A stretch of 64,000 nt of DNA. Origin: Chloroflexota bacterium (GTDB taxonomy: Bacteria > Chloroflexota > UBA11872 > UBA12225 > JAJDUF01). A model generated the notes under the pieces. The model worked only from the letters and a program-made list of their open reading frames with translations. It searched no databases and was not told where the DNA came from. Shown here one piece after another: positions 1 to 8,451 of the stretch. Where the stretch lies: the NCBI GenBank assembly GCA_034422515.1, contig DAOUJP010000025.1, forward strand, positions 221,692 through 285,691. The letters run 5' to 3'. The translations under genes were made by a program, and so were the position numbers. Within the stretch, counting starts at the first letter, position 1, and every line of letters begins with the position of its first letter.

Positions 1-480
1 GTAGAGCAGCAGCGAGAGCCGGTTGATATAGGTCAGCAGGTGCGGGTTGGGCACCGCCTCCGCGTGGACGACCTCTACCACCCGCCGTTCCGCCCGGCGC
101 ACCACCGCGCGGGCATAGTCCACCCCGGCCGACGCCGCGCACGCGCCCGGCAGCACGAACTTGGCCGGAATGGTCACGGTGGCTTCTAGTTCCTCTAAAG
201 CTCGCTCGACCCACTCCACCCGGTCCGCGGTCACGCGCACCCGCTTGGGATGCTCCGGCGGCATCGCCAACTCGGCCATGAGCTGATACAGGTCGCGTTG
301 CGCCTGCCGCAGCACCTCCCCGGCCTGCGGACGCTGCACACCCTGGCGTGCCACCCCGAGCGTGCTGGTGGCCTCATCGAGCGCCCCCAACGCCTCGATC
401 CTCGCGTCCGACTTGGCGACCCGGCGCCCGCCCAGCAGATCGGTCTCCCCGGTATCTCCCCCATGCTCACGCCTAGCCAT
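1..480 (-). CDS. ATP:cob(I)alamin adenosyltransferase, PduO-type (5' part in window; C-terminus beyond position 1)
   Basis: Reverse-strand frame with no stops. ATG at complement 478-480 gives MARREHGGDTGETDLLGGRRVAKSDARIEALGALDEATS..., which matches the PduO/MMAB N-terminal GDxGET..L.GG.RV.K.D.R.EA.G..DE motif. It is absent from the ORF track because the frame runs off the window edge. Confidence 0.8.
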   Translation of the reverse strand, partial: MARREHGGDTGETDLLGGRRVAKSDARIEALGALDEATSTLGVARQGVQRPQAGEVLRQAQRDLYQLMAELAMPPEHPKRVRVTADRVEWVERALEELEATVTIPAKFVLPGACAASAGVDYARAVVRRAERRVVEVVHAEAVPNPHLLTYINRLSLLLY

Positions 481-516
481 CACTCCTCCTCACACTCTGG
501 CCTTCCCACCTGTCCC

Positions 517-680
517 TGTCCCCCTGCACAGCGGGGGGACCATAGGGGGCCCAGCCGCCAGCGTCCCGGCCCTCCCGGTTCTCTCCCTCGTCATTGCGGC
601 GCAAGCCGCAGTCCAGGACCATGCGTCCCCCACCCAAACTCCCCTTCCCTGCAGGGAAGGGGCCGGGGGTTAGGTCCCAC
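517..680 (+). repeat. composite dispersed repeat cluster: module B (518-551), module A hairpin (589-616), module C palindrome (640-678)
   Basis: B = gtccccc-N7-ggggggaccataggggg. A = gtcattgcggcgcaagccgcagtcc. C = ccccttccctgcagggaaggggccgggggttaggtcc. All three recur elsewhere in the window. Confidence 0.85.
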
Positions 681-772
681 TCGCCATCCCCCCATCCTGT
701 CCATCCATGTAAATCCCCCCGTTGCGCCCCGCCCCGCCCCGCCAATATGTCCCATTGACAGGAGGCTGACGG

Positions 773-1660
773 ATGCGAGACAAGTCTGGCGCACCGCGCG
801 CACCGGCTGGGAGCGGTCTCGGCATCTTGCCGGCCATCAGCGGTGGCATCGCCACCACGCCGAGGGCACCGGGCCATGAGCGACCCTCCGCCGCCCAGCG
901 CGCGGCGGGGCATGGCCGCCTGAGTGCCGCTTCTACGGCACCGGGTTATGACGTACCCCGCGCCACCACGGTGCGGGCGCCGGGTCATGACTGTCTGAGT
1001 GCCGCCCAAAAGGCACCGGGTCCCGACGTACCCCGCGCCACCACGGCCAGGGCGCCACGTCACGACCGTCTGAGTGCCGCGCCTTTGGTGCCGGAGCACA
1101 ACCGCTCCGGCGCCCCCAGCGCCGCCGCGGCGGCCCCCGACCGCTCCCCCGTCTCGCTCCCGCTGGCGCCGGGTCACGACTGCTCCCGTCGTGCATCCGG
1201 CGCCGCCGGTTCGCCGTCAGCCTCTGTCGCCCATCTCACCACCCAGGAGGAAACCGTGTACGACCGATTGTTCACCGCAGAAGAGGTGCAGGCACTGCTG
1301 GAAGCTGCCTCCGCACCGGTGCTTGATGGAGAGATCCGTGTACTCCAGGTCCTCATTTGCCGGGTCCTGGCCATTCGCCCCGACCGGGCCCAACCCCGCG
1401 GACGCCGGCGCGGTGGCGCCGGCCGGCGCTGGCAGCGCACCGTCCTGTTCCAACAGATCGCCGCCATCGGCCGCACCTGTGACATTCTCCAGCGGATGCT
1501 CAAGACGCAACGCGCCCTCGGCCCCGACGCCGCGTCGGAGCTGAATCAGTTACTCGACGAAGCGGCCAAGTACATGGACAACCCACCGCCGCCCGAAGAC
1601 CTCGTGATCGAAGAGTACGACCCCGACACGCGCACCATACGACCCTTCCACGAACCATAG
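773..1660 (+). CDS. hypothetical protein with N-terminal 25-aa tandem repeats (alternative internal start GTG 1255 with AGGAGG RBS)
   Basis: The 295-aa ORF has a strong RBS (caGGAGGctgacggATG). The C-terminal ~135 aa look protein-like (YDRLFTAEEVQALLEAASAPVLDGEIRVLQVLICRVL...). The N-terminal part is encoded by 75-bp tandem DNA repeats, which are in frame. Confidence 0.45.
   Translation: MRDKSGAPRAPAGSGLGILPAISGGIATTPRAPGHERPSAAQRAAGHGRLSAASTAPGYDVPRATTVRAPGHDCLSAAQKAPGPDVPRATTARAPRHDRLSAAPLVPEHNRSGAPSAAAAAPDRSPVSLPLAPGHDCSRRASGAAGSPSASVAHLTTQEETVYDRLFTAEEVQALLEAASAPVLDGEIRVLQVLICRVLAIRPDRAQPRGRRRGGAGRRWQRTVLFQQIAAIGRTCDILQRMLKTQRALGPDAASELNQLLDEAAKYMDNPPPPEDLVIEEYDPDTRTIRPFHEP
904..1110. 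repeat. tandem repeat, ~75-bp unit x ~2.8 (units ~904-978, 979-1053, 1054-1110 partial)
   Basis: Direct comparison of units: gccgggtcatgactgtctgagtgccgcccaaaaggcaccgggtcccgacgtaccccgcgccaccacggccagggc against neighbours shows ~80% identity. Each unit contains a gtgcc...ggcac inverted repeat. Confidence 0.75.
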
Positions 1661-1679
1661 CTAACCACACCCCGCCGCC

Positions 1680-1716
1680 GTCCCCCCGCCGCAGCGGGGG
1701 GACCATAGGGGGGCCA
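1680..1716 (+). repeat. module B hairpin repeat copy
   Basis: tccccccgccgcagcggggggaccataggggggcc. Confidence 0.85.
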
Positions 1717-1747
1717 GCCCCCCAAAAACGAGAAAGGAGCACTCCCC

Positions 1748-1840
1748 ATGACCGCTGAATGGTTGATCGTACCCCTCTCCGTCGCCCTGGGCCTGCTCGC
1801 CGCCTGGATCGAGCACAGCCGCTTCCGGCGCGTACCATGA
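1748..1840 (+). CDS. small hydrophobic protein (30 aa), putative
   Basis: AAGGAG RBS then ATG. Product MTAEWLIVPLSVALGLLAAWIEHSRFRRVP is a single TM-like segment. Its TGA overlaps the ATG of the next ORF (ATGA coupling). Confidence 0.35.
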   Translation: MTAEWLIVPLSVALGLLAAWIEHSRFRRVP

Positions 1841-2070
1841 GTCAGAGTTCACCGCCGCCAGCCCCGGCCCCGTGGGCACGCACCGCCGCTGCCCTCGGCA
1901 TCCTCGTCGTCTGGCTCGGCCTCGTCGTCTACGACGCCCTGTCGGCCGCCTGGGAGATGCCCCTGCTGCTCTGGGGACTGGGCATCGCCGACGTCACCTA
2001 CCTACTCGGCGTCAGCCTCCCCCGACTGCTCACCTCCGGCAACGGCCGCCCCCCTACTCCTCCCACGTAG
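1837..2070 (+). CDS. small membrane protein (77 aa), putative
   Basis: ATG overlaps the previous stop. Hydrophobic core ALGILVVWLGLVVYDALSAAWEMPLLLWGLGIADVTYLLGV. Confidence 0.4.
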   Translation: MSQSSPPPAPAPWARTAAALGILVVWLGLVVYDALSAAWEMPLLLWGLGIADVTYLLGVSLPRLLTSGNGRPPTPPT

Positions 2071-2082
2071 GGGCCGGGCACA

Positions 2083-2162
2083 GGTTCCCTCCCCCGTCGG
2101 GACGGGGGAGGGCTAGGGAGGGGGCCAGCTCCTCCCTCATCAAGTTGTCAACCTTCATCAGG
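2083..2162 (+). repeat. module D dispersed element (~80 nt), copy 1 of 3
   Basis: ggttccctcccccgtcgggacgggggagggctagggagggggccagctcctccctcatcaagttgtcaaccttcatca. Near-identical backbone at 15813-15893 and 62926-63008. Confidence 0.8.
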
Positions 2163-2195
2163 GCCGGGGCCGGGGGTGAGGAAAGCCGCCCCGCC

Positions 2196-3200
2196 CTACC
2201 CCCACACCTCCGGGTTGACCAAGTGCGCCGGCCGGCGCCCATCCAGCGCGTCGAGCAGCCCTTGCGCCGCCAGCTCGGCCATCCGCGCCCGCGTGCCGTG
2301 CGTGCCACTTCCGATATGCGGAGTGAGCGCCACGTTGTCGAGCGTCAGCAACGGATCGTCGGGCCGTAGCGGCTCCTCCTCAAACACGTCCAAGCCGGCG
2401 GCTGCCAACGGGCCGTCGCGCAAGGCCGCCGCCAGCGCCGGCTGGTCCACAATCGGGCCGCGCGCGGTATTGACCAGGATCGCCCCTTGCCGCATCGCGC
2501 CCAACTCGGCAGCGCCGAGCAGTCCCTGCGTCTCCGCCGTCAGCGCACAGTGAACGCTCACGAAGTCGGATTCGGCCAGCACCTCTGCCAAGCTCGCATA
2601 GCGCGCCCCATAGCGCCCCTCCACGTCGAGCTTGCGCGTGCGACTCGTGTAGATCACGTCCATCCCAAAGGCGACCGCGCGGCGCGTAACCGCTTGCCCG
2701 ATGGCGCCCATGCCGACAATGCCCAGGGTGGAACCGAACAGATCATGTCCCCACAGCAACCCCGGCTCGTACTCGCCCCACTGCCCGGACCGCACGTAGC
2801 GATCCGCCTCCGACAGCCGCCGCGCTGCCGCCAGCATCAGCCCGAACGCCAGCTCGGCCGTCGTGTCCACCAGCACGCCGGGCGTGTTGGTCACAGCCAC
2901 CCCGTATTTCGTGGCCGCGTCCACGTCTATGTAATCGAAGCCGACCCCAAAGCCCGTGACTGCCCGCAGCCGCGGCGCCGCCGCCAGAATCGGCTCGTCC
3001 AGCCGGTCCGTCGGCGGCATCGCAAAAATACCCTCCACACCGTCGGCAATCCGCTGATGCGTCACGTCCGGCGGCGCCGGCAGCTTACCCTCCCATACCT
3101 CCACGTCGCAGCGCGCGCGCAGCAGGTCCAGCCCACTCTCCGGATAACCCCAACTACAGAAGACCCGCGGCCGCGCCCCGCCGGTCGTGCTCTCAGCCAT
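2196..3200 (-). CDS. D-isomer-specific 2-hydroxyacid dehydrogenase (glyoxylate/hydroxypyruvate reductase family)
   Basis: NAD-binding GxGxxG (GIVGMGAIGQAV) plus catalytic R/E/H region (NTARGPIVD...LDVFEEEP...PHIGSGT). Confidence 0.9.
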   Translation of the reverse strand: MAESTTGGARPRVFCSWGYPESGLDLLRARCDVEVWEGKLPAPPDVTHQRIADGVEGIFAMPPTDRLDEPILAAAPRLRAVTGFGVGFDYIDVDAATKYGVAVTNTPGVLVDTTAELAFGLMLAAARRLSEADRYVRSGQWGEYEPGLLWGHDLFGSTLGIVGMGAIGQAVTRRAVAFGMDVIYTSRTRKLDVEGRYGARYASLAEVLAESDFVSVHCALTAETQGLLGAAELGAMRQGAILVNTARGPIVDQPALAAALRDGPLAAAGLDVFEEEPLRPDDPLLTLDNVALTPHIGSGTHGTRARMAELAAQGLLDALDGRRPAHLVNPEVWG

Positions 3201-3300
3201 TGCTCGCTCCTTGTCCGGCCGAACGGCCGTCCGCCCCTACCACCCTTCCGGCCCTCGGACTACCGCTGAATGGTAGCACGGAGCAGGTATCGGCCAAGCC

Positions 3301-3358
3301 GTAGGGGCGCAACATGTTGCACCCGTCCCCCCGTCGGGACGGGGGGACCATAGGGGGC
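3301..3358 (+). repeat. composite repeat: module F palindrome (gggcgcaacatgttgcaccc) + module B
   Basis: gtaggggcgcaacatgttgcacccgtccccccgtcgggacggggggaccatagggggcc. The same F+B arrangement is at 6038-6097 and, degenerate, at 7957-8014. Confidence 0.85.
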
Positions 3359-3423
3359 CGCCACCCCCGCTCGCCCCGCCGGCGTCACTCTTGCTATACT
3401 GGATGCCACAAAGGTTGTCAGCA

Positions 3424-4158
3424 ATGCCACCGGTCTTTACAGCGAACGAGGTCGAGTTCAGCTACGGCCCACTCAACGTCCTCAATGGGCTTACCCTCGC
3501 GGTGAACGAGTCGGAGATTTTTGGCGTCCTCGGCGCCAACGGCGCCGGCAAGACCACCCTGATGCGGCTGCTCATCGGCCTCCAGCAGCCGTCCGCCGGA
3601 GCGGTCCGCGTGTTCGGCGAACCGCCATCGTCTCGCGTCACCGGGCGCATCGGCTACATGCCGCAGCTCAGTGCCCTGTACCAGGAGCTGTCCGTCCGCC
3701 AGAATGTAGACTTCTTCGCCCGGATGTACGGCCTCTCCCGGTCTGCCGAGCGGCGCGAAGCCGTTGACCAGGCTATCGAATGGGTCGCGCTGACCGAGCG
3801 CCAAAAGGACCCGCTCACCCGCCTGAGCGGCGGTATGCGCCAGCGCGTGAGCCTCGCCATCGCCCTCGTCCACCAGCCCGACCTCCTGGTCTTGGACGAA
3901 CCCACCGTGGGCCTTGACCCGGAGCTACGGGCCTCGTTCTGGGAGCACTTCCGTACCATGGCCGCCTCCGGCACCACCCTCATCATCTCCAGCCACACAA
4001 TGGACGACGCTGCCCACTGTCACCGGCTCGCCTTCATTCAGGAAGGGCGCGTCGTCGCCCTGGGGAGTCCCGATGAGTTGCGGGCGGCCACCGGGAGAAG
4101 CGACGCCACCCTAGAGGATGCGTTCCTCCATTTCGTCAGGCAGGGCGGTCCATCGTGA
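3424..4158 (+). CDS. ABC transporter ATP-binding protein
   Basis: Walker A GANGAGKTT, signature LSGGMRQR, Walker B LLVLDEPT. Start chosen at ATG 3424 (aaagg N11 ATG); TTG 3391 and ATG 3403 are alternatives. Confidence 0.9.
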   Translation: MPPVFTANEVEFSYGPLNVLNGLTLAVNESEIFGVLGANGAGKTTLMRLLIGLQQPSAGAVRVFGEPPSSRVTGRIGYMPQLSALYQELSVRQNVDFFARMYGLSRSAERREAVDQAIEWVALTERQKDPLTRLSGGMRQRVSLAIALVHQPDLLVLDEPTVGLDPELRASFWEHFRTMAASGTTLIISSHTMDDAAHCHRLAFIQEGRVVALGSPDELRAATGRSDATLEDAFLHFVRQGGPS

Positions 4159-4886
4159 CCATAGACCGGACCCTCGCCATCGCCTCGCGGATCGTCAACC
4201 AGATCACGCGCGACCACCGTTCCCTCGCACTCATCATCGTCGCGCCGGTCATCGTGATGTCACTGGTCGGCTTCTCCTTCGCGGACCAGCAGCCGATCCT
4301 TGATCAAATCGCGCCGGGCTTGATCGGCGCCTTCGTCCTCTTCTTCGTCTTTATTCTGACCGGCGTGAGCTTTCTGCGGGAACGATCCCAGGGTACCCTG
4401 GAGCGACTGCTGACTACCCCCGTTGGCCGAGCGGATATCTTGGCCGGCTACCTGCTCGGATTCTTGCCGTTCGCGGGAATCCAGTCCCTCGTCATCCTCC
4501 TCTACACGATCTTCGCCCTCCGGATCGAATACGAAGGCTCCTTATGGCAGATCTTCGTGCTCCTGGTTGTCGTCACCATCATGGCGGTGAACCTCGGCAT
4601 CTTCATCTCCACCTTTGCCCGGAACGAGTTCCAGGTGGTGCAATTCATCCCGGTCATACTGCTGCCCCAGATATTCCTATCGGGCGCCGTCCTCCCGTTC
4701 GAGCAACTCCCTGGCTACTTCCAAGCCGTTGGCCAGTTTCTACCGCTCACCTATGTAGTGGACGGCCTGAAGGCCATCATGCTGCAAGGCGAGACCCTGT
4801 GGGGTATCGGCCTGGAGTTAGCCGTATTGGGCGGATTCGCAATCGGGCTACTCGCCCTCGCCGCCATCACCCTCCGCCGCCCCTAA
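4155..4886 (+). CDS. ABC-2 family transporter permease
   Basis: GTG start overlaps the ATPase stop (GTGA). Six predicted TM segments typical of ABC-2 permeases. Confidence 0.85.
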   Translation: MTIDRTLAIASRIVNQITRDHRSLALIIVAPVIVMSLVGFSFADQQPILDQIAPGLIGAFVLFFVFILTGVSFLRERSQGTLERLLTTPVGRADILAGYLLGFLPFAGIQSLVILLYTIFALRIEYEGSLWQIFVLLVVVTIMAVNLGIFISTFARNEFQVVQFIPVILLPQIFLSGAVLPFEQLPGYFQAVGQFLPLTYVVDGLKAIMLQGETLWGIGLELAVLGGFAIGLLALAAITLRRP

Positions 4887-4937
4887 CCTGCATTGCGCTT
4901 GTCCGTTATCTAGCCCGACATGGTGGCTACGATGCCC

Positions 4938-4971
4938 GTCCCCCCGCTGTGCGGGGGGACCATAGGGGGGC
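4938..4971 (+). repeat. module B hairpin repeat copy
   Basis: gtccccccgctgtgcggggggaccataggggggcc. Confidence 0.85.
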
Positions 4972-4997
4972 CGGATCGCAAGGCACGTAGGCTTGCC

Positions 4998-5819
4998 ATG
5001 AGAACCAACGGCCCCAAAATCTTCATCGTCGCCGACAGCGAAGGCCCCACCGGCGTAGCCGAGTATTGGGCCAGGAATCTCCCAGCCACCAGCCCGCGCC
5101 TGCGCCCCTTCCGCGAGCTACTGACCGGCGATGTCAACGCCGCCGTCCAAGGCTGTTTCGATGCCGGCGCCGCCGCCGTGGTGGTCAAGGACGACGGCTT
5201 TCGGGACCGGAACATCCTCCCGGAGCTACTCGACCCGCGAGCGCAGCTTATCCTCTCCGGCGGCCCGCTGCTCAACGGGCTGGACGAGCATTTCGCCGGG
5301 GTCATGCTCGTCGGTTTCCACGCGATGGAAGGCGCCCCGGACGCCGTGCTGGCCCACACCTGGTCCAGCGCCCGTCGGCGCCGCTACTGGTTCAACGGCC
5401 GGGAAGGCGGCGAGCTGGCCGCCTACGCCATCGCGGCCGGTCACGATCACGGCGTCCCGATCATCATGGCTACCGGCTGTACCGGTCTGTGTCGGGAAGC
5501 GCACGCTTGGCTCGGCCCCGCCCTCGTGACCGTCCCCGTCAAGCGACTACGCCCCGACGGGACGGTGGACCTGTTCCCGGCCGCAGACACGTATCACCGA
5601 ATCCGAGTTGGCGCCCGCGCCGCCGTCGAACGCGCACACCACTACCGGCCCTACCGCACCCGCTTCCCGCTGGCCGTGCGCTTGCAGCTCACCGACCCCG
5701 AAACAACCACCGGCTACGTCGCCTGGCGCCGCCAGCACAAACCCGACTGGCCTGCCCACCGCACGGGCCCCTGCACCCTCGACGCCTCGCTACCCACCAC
5801 CCACCACCTCGTCCTGTAA
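4998..5819 (+). CDS. peptidase M55 (DppA D-aminopeptidase)-like protein
   Basis: N-terminus KIFIVADSEGPTGVAEYW resembles the M55 KIYISADIEG(I/V)AG motif. Start moved to ATG 4998 because upstream codons are encoded by the B repeat. Family call is moderate. Confidence 0.55.
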   Translation: MRTNGPKIFIVADSEGPTGVAEYWARNLPATSPRLRPFRELLTGDVNAAVQGCFDAGAAAVVVKDDGFRDRNILPELLDPRAQLILSGGPLLNGLDEHFAGVMLVGFHAMEGAPDAVLAHTWSSARRRRYWFNGREGGELAAYAIAAGHDHGVPIIMATGCTGLCREAHAWLGPALVTVPVKRLRPDGTVDLFPAADTYHRIRVGARAAVERAHHYRPYRTRFPLAVRLQLTDPETTTGYVAWRRQHKPDWPAHRTGPCTLDASLPTTHHLVL

Positions 5820-5844
5820 CCCCCACACTGCACCGCCGCCATCC

Positions 5845-6178
5845 GTCATTCCCGCGCAAGCCGCAATCCAGGGCCATTCATAGCCTCCGGTCGTCGCGTG
5901 GACTCCCCTGCCCTGCCAGGGAAGGGATCGGGGGTGAGGTCCCATCCGCCGCTCCAATCCGCCTTGCGCCTGTTTTCCGGGTTTACCTACCCCTGTCAGG
6001 AAGGGCCGGGCTGACTGGAGTAGGTACGGGTTTTCCCGTAGGGGCGCAACATGTTGCGCCCGTCCCCCCGTCGGGACGGGGGGACCATAGGGGGGACAGC
6101 CCTCCTCCTGTCTATCCCATCCATCCATGTAAAATACCTACCCCTGTCAGGAGAGGGCTGGGGGTGAGGCTCACCGGC
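5845..6178 (+). repeat. dense mosaic repeat cluster: A (5845-5869), C-variant (5903-5943), C-variant+G (5987-6032), F palindrome (6042-6061), B (6062-6097), E ccatccatgtaaa (6117-6138), C-variant (6140-6176)
   Basis: Each module matches other copies in the window, e.g. ctgactggagtaggtacgggtt also at 7928 and 13308. Confidence 0.85.
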
Positions 6179-6185
6179 ACTGCCG

Positions 6186-7691
6186 CTAGGAAATAGAGCC
6201 GTGCTCCTTCAGCAGGCGATCCGCCTGCCGCTGCATCTCGGTCAGCAGTTCACGCACCCCCTTCGTGCCCTCGACCAGTTCCTTCCAGCCCTCGCTCCAC
6301 ATCTTGTTGATGTCGCCTTGCTTGACGATGAGCTTGGTGGGCGCGGAGGCCTTGGCCGAGGCGGAGTACACCTCGGCGTCCTCGTAGGCGTGCAGCACCT
6401 TGGGCGTCGCGTCCTTGAACACCGAGTACCGGCCACCGCCCAACAAGGCCATCTCGTGCTGTGCCCCTTCGCCGATGATGAACTTGTTGAACTCCCACGC
6501 GCCGTCCGGCTCCTTGGCCTGCGCGGTGATGTAGCTGGCGTTATTAGCCAGCGGCACTCGCCGCAAACCGGTTGGCCCTTTCGGCAAGAGCGTCATCTGC
6601 AAGTCGAACTGTTCCTCCTGCAGCAGCCGTTGGAACGTCCGCGTGTAGTACGAGCCGGTCACCAGGGAGGCGTTCTCGCCCCTGGCGAAGTTCCCGCCGG
6701 CCACCTGATGCTCCCGCACCAGGTCCACCGCGAACTCGATCGCCTCGACGAACTCCGGCGTGTCAATGGTCGCCTTCGTGAAGTTGTCGTCGAACCAGTC
6801 CGCGCCCCACGCCAGCAGGACGTTGAGAATCCAGCCGGTGCTACTGAACGGCAGGTTGAAGGCGTACTGCGTGATCTCGTCGCCCTCTCGCTTCACCAGC
6901 TTCTTCGACATCTCCAACAGCGTGTTCCAGTTCCACTCGCCGGCCTGCTCCAGATCGCGCGGGTTTTCGAGGCCCACCTCCTGGAGCTTGTTCCACTTGT
7001 ACCAGAACTCCTTGCCGTTCGTGAACCAGGCCAATCCGTAGGTCTTGCCCTCGAACTTCTCCACCGCCGCCGGCACGAAGTTGTCCACCCGGATGTTCTT
7101 CTCTTTGGCCAAGAAGGGATCGAGCGCCTGAACGATCCCCTGGTCCACGTACCCCCCGATGATCGTGTAGTGGCCGTAGAGGAAGTCGTAGTAGTCACCG
7201 GCAGCAAACGTCGCCACCGCCTTCTCGGCCGAAGCGCCAATGCCCAAGGCCGGGTCCCACACGATCCGATACTGCGGGTTCTGCTCCTCGAAATTGCGGA
7301 AAATCGTGTTCCAGGCGTCCTTCCAGTAGAGCTGGTTCACGTCTACGTGCAGATACCGAATGATCTTCTGCTGCGTCAGCTTCTCGACCACCTTCTCCAC
7401 TGGCTTCTCGACGGTGACGACCCGTTCCACCACCACCGGCTTCTCGACGATCTTCTCGACGATAACCGGCTTCTCCTTCTCGACCACAATAGTCTCGCCA
7501 GCGCTCCCGGCCGCACCCTTGGCCCCCGCCGCCCCGGTCGCGCCCCGCTCACCCGCCGGCCCAGCCGGTCCAGCCGGCCCCGCCGGCCCCTGGACGTAGC
7601 GCACTTCGATTTCACCGCAGGCCACAGCCAACAGCCCGGCCAGCGCGGCGCTGGCTCCTCCCAGGTACGTTCGCCGAGTTGCTTTGCTCAT
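6186..7691 (-). CDS. ABC transporter substrate-binding lipoprotein (extracellular solute-binding protein family 1, sugar-type) with collagen-like/VEKPV linker
   Basis: Start ATG 7691 with GGAGGGAG RBS. Tat/lipobox-like N-terminus TRRTYLGGASAALAGLLAVAC. The linker carries a GPAGPAGPAGPAG repeat and an (I/V)VEKPV repeat. The SBP core has WKD..N..F... motifs. No adjacent permeases, so it is an orphan SBP. Confidence 0.85.
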   Translation of the reverse strand: MSKATRRTYLGGASAALAGLLAVACGEIEVRYVQGPAGPAGPAGPAGERGATGAAGAKGAAGSAGETIVVEKEKPVIVEKIVEKPVVVERVVTVEKPVEKVVEKLTQQKIIRYLHVDVNQLYWKDAWNTIFRNFEEQNPQYRIVWDPALGIGASAEKAVATFAAGDYYDFLYGHYTIIGGYVDQGIVQALDPFLAKEKNIRVDNFVPAAVEKFEGKTYGLAWFTNGKEFWYKWNKLQEVGLENPRDLEQAGEWNWNTLLEMSKKLVKREGDEITQYAFNLPFSSTGWILNVLLAWGADWFDDNFTKATIDTPEFVEAIEFAVDLVREHQVAGGNFARGENASLVTGSYYTRTFQRLLQEEQFDLQMTLLPKGPTGLRRVPLANNASYITAQAKEPDGAWEFNKFIIGEGAQHEMALLGGGRYSVFKDATPKVLHAYEDAEVYSASAKASAPTKLIVKQGDINKMWSEGWKELVEGTKGVRELLTEMQRQADRLLKEHGSIS

Positions 7692-7804
7692 CTGCTCCCT
7701 CCCCTTCCGCAGCGCCCTCGACTGTGGCACCCCACCGCCGGCAACGGCACAATACCGCACCCGCGAACCAAGCGTCAAACGGTCTAGGGCGAGGCATCAC
7801 CCCC

Positions 7805-8014
7805 GGTAGGGGCGCGATTCATCGCGCCCTGGAATTCGTCATTCCGGCGGAAGCCGCAATCCCCCTCTCGCTTGTGGAGCGGCCCTCACCCCCGTAGGCG
7901 TGTCCCTTGTGGGCGCCCTCTCCTCCTGACTGGGGTAGGTACGGGTTAATCCGTAGTGGGCTACAGCATGTTGCGCCCGTCCCCCTGCGAAGCGGGGGTA
8001 CCATAGGTCCCCCC
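7805..8014 (+). repeat. mosaic repeat cluster: F' palindrome gggcgcgattcatcgcgccc (7808-7829), A (7838-7862), G (7928-7949), degenerate F+B (7957-8014)
   Basis: Same modules as elsewhere. The F'-A pair recurs inverted at 55421-55468. Confidence 0.8.
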
Positions 8015-8190
8015 ACCCTAGCCCTATTCCTCCACCACCAGGGCATGCCACTTCGCGTGTCCGAGGGTTCGGGCCAGAGCGACTCTTTGGAAAACTATAG
8101 CAATTCTGCTATAGTTACGATCCCATGGACTGAGCCGTAGAAACCCTGAATGCGACCGTAGACCGGGAGCTTGACGCGCTGCCGGCCGAC

Positions 8191-8451
8191 ATGCGTGCCC
8201 GTTTCGTGCGCCTCTGTGAACTGATCGCGGCCGTTGGGTTGGATCGTGTCGGTGCGCCGCACGTCAGGCACGTGACCGGCCCGCTGTGGGAAATGCGTCT
8301 GAGCGGCCGCGCCGGCATATCGCGTGCGTTGTACGTTGCCGTCCGCAGCAAACGAGTTGTGGTAGTGCGGGTCTTCATCAAGAAGACCCGCAAGACTCCC
8401 CGCCGGGAGGTGGACTTGGCGCTGCAGCGCGCTAGGGAGGTGTTGGCATGA
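8191..8451 (+). CDS. type II toxin, RelE/ParE superfamily, HigB/Gp49-like (likely N-terminally truncated or decaying; see finding)
   Basis: GPLWEMRLSGRAGISRALYVAVRSKRVVVVRVFIKKTRKTPRREVDLALQRAR matches the Gp49/HigB signature lwElR...g.aRvlY....LL..F.KKtqktP..eielA..R. The in-frame upstream codons (8134-8190) encode the conserved N-terminus but are cut off from ATG 8125 by a TGA at 8131. Confidence 0.6.
   Translation: MRARFVRLCELIAAVGLDRVGAPHVRHVTGPLWEMRLSGRAGISRALYVAVRSKRVVVVRVFIKKTRKTPRREVDLALQRAREVLA

Noticed and set aside
231-1177. Track ORFs 231-470(-), 250-879(+), 362-673(+), 473-1177(-) and similar Arg/Pro/Gly-rich ORFs
   Set aside because: They overlap the PduO-homologous frame or the repeat cluster. 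They have extreme low-complexity compositions typical of wrong-frame translation of GC-rich DNA and lack an RBS.
8131-8133. TGA in the toxin N-terminus as a selenocysteine or programmed read-through codon
   Set aside because: No SECIS-like hairpin is evident immediately downstream, and the toxin family is not selenoprotein-associated. Nonsense decay or a sequencing error is more parsimonious.
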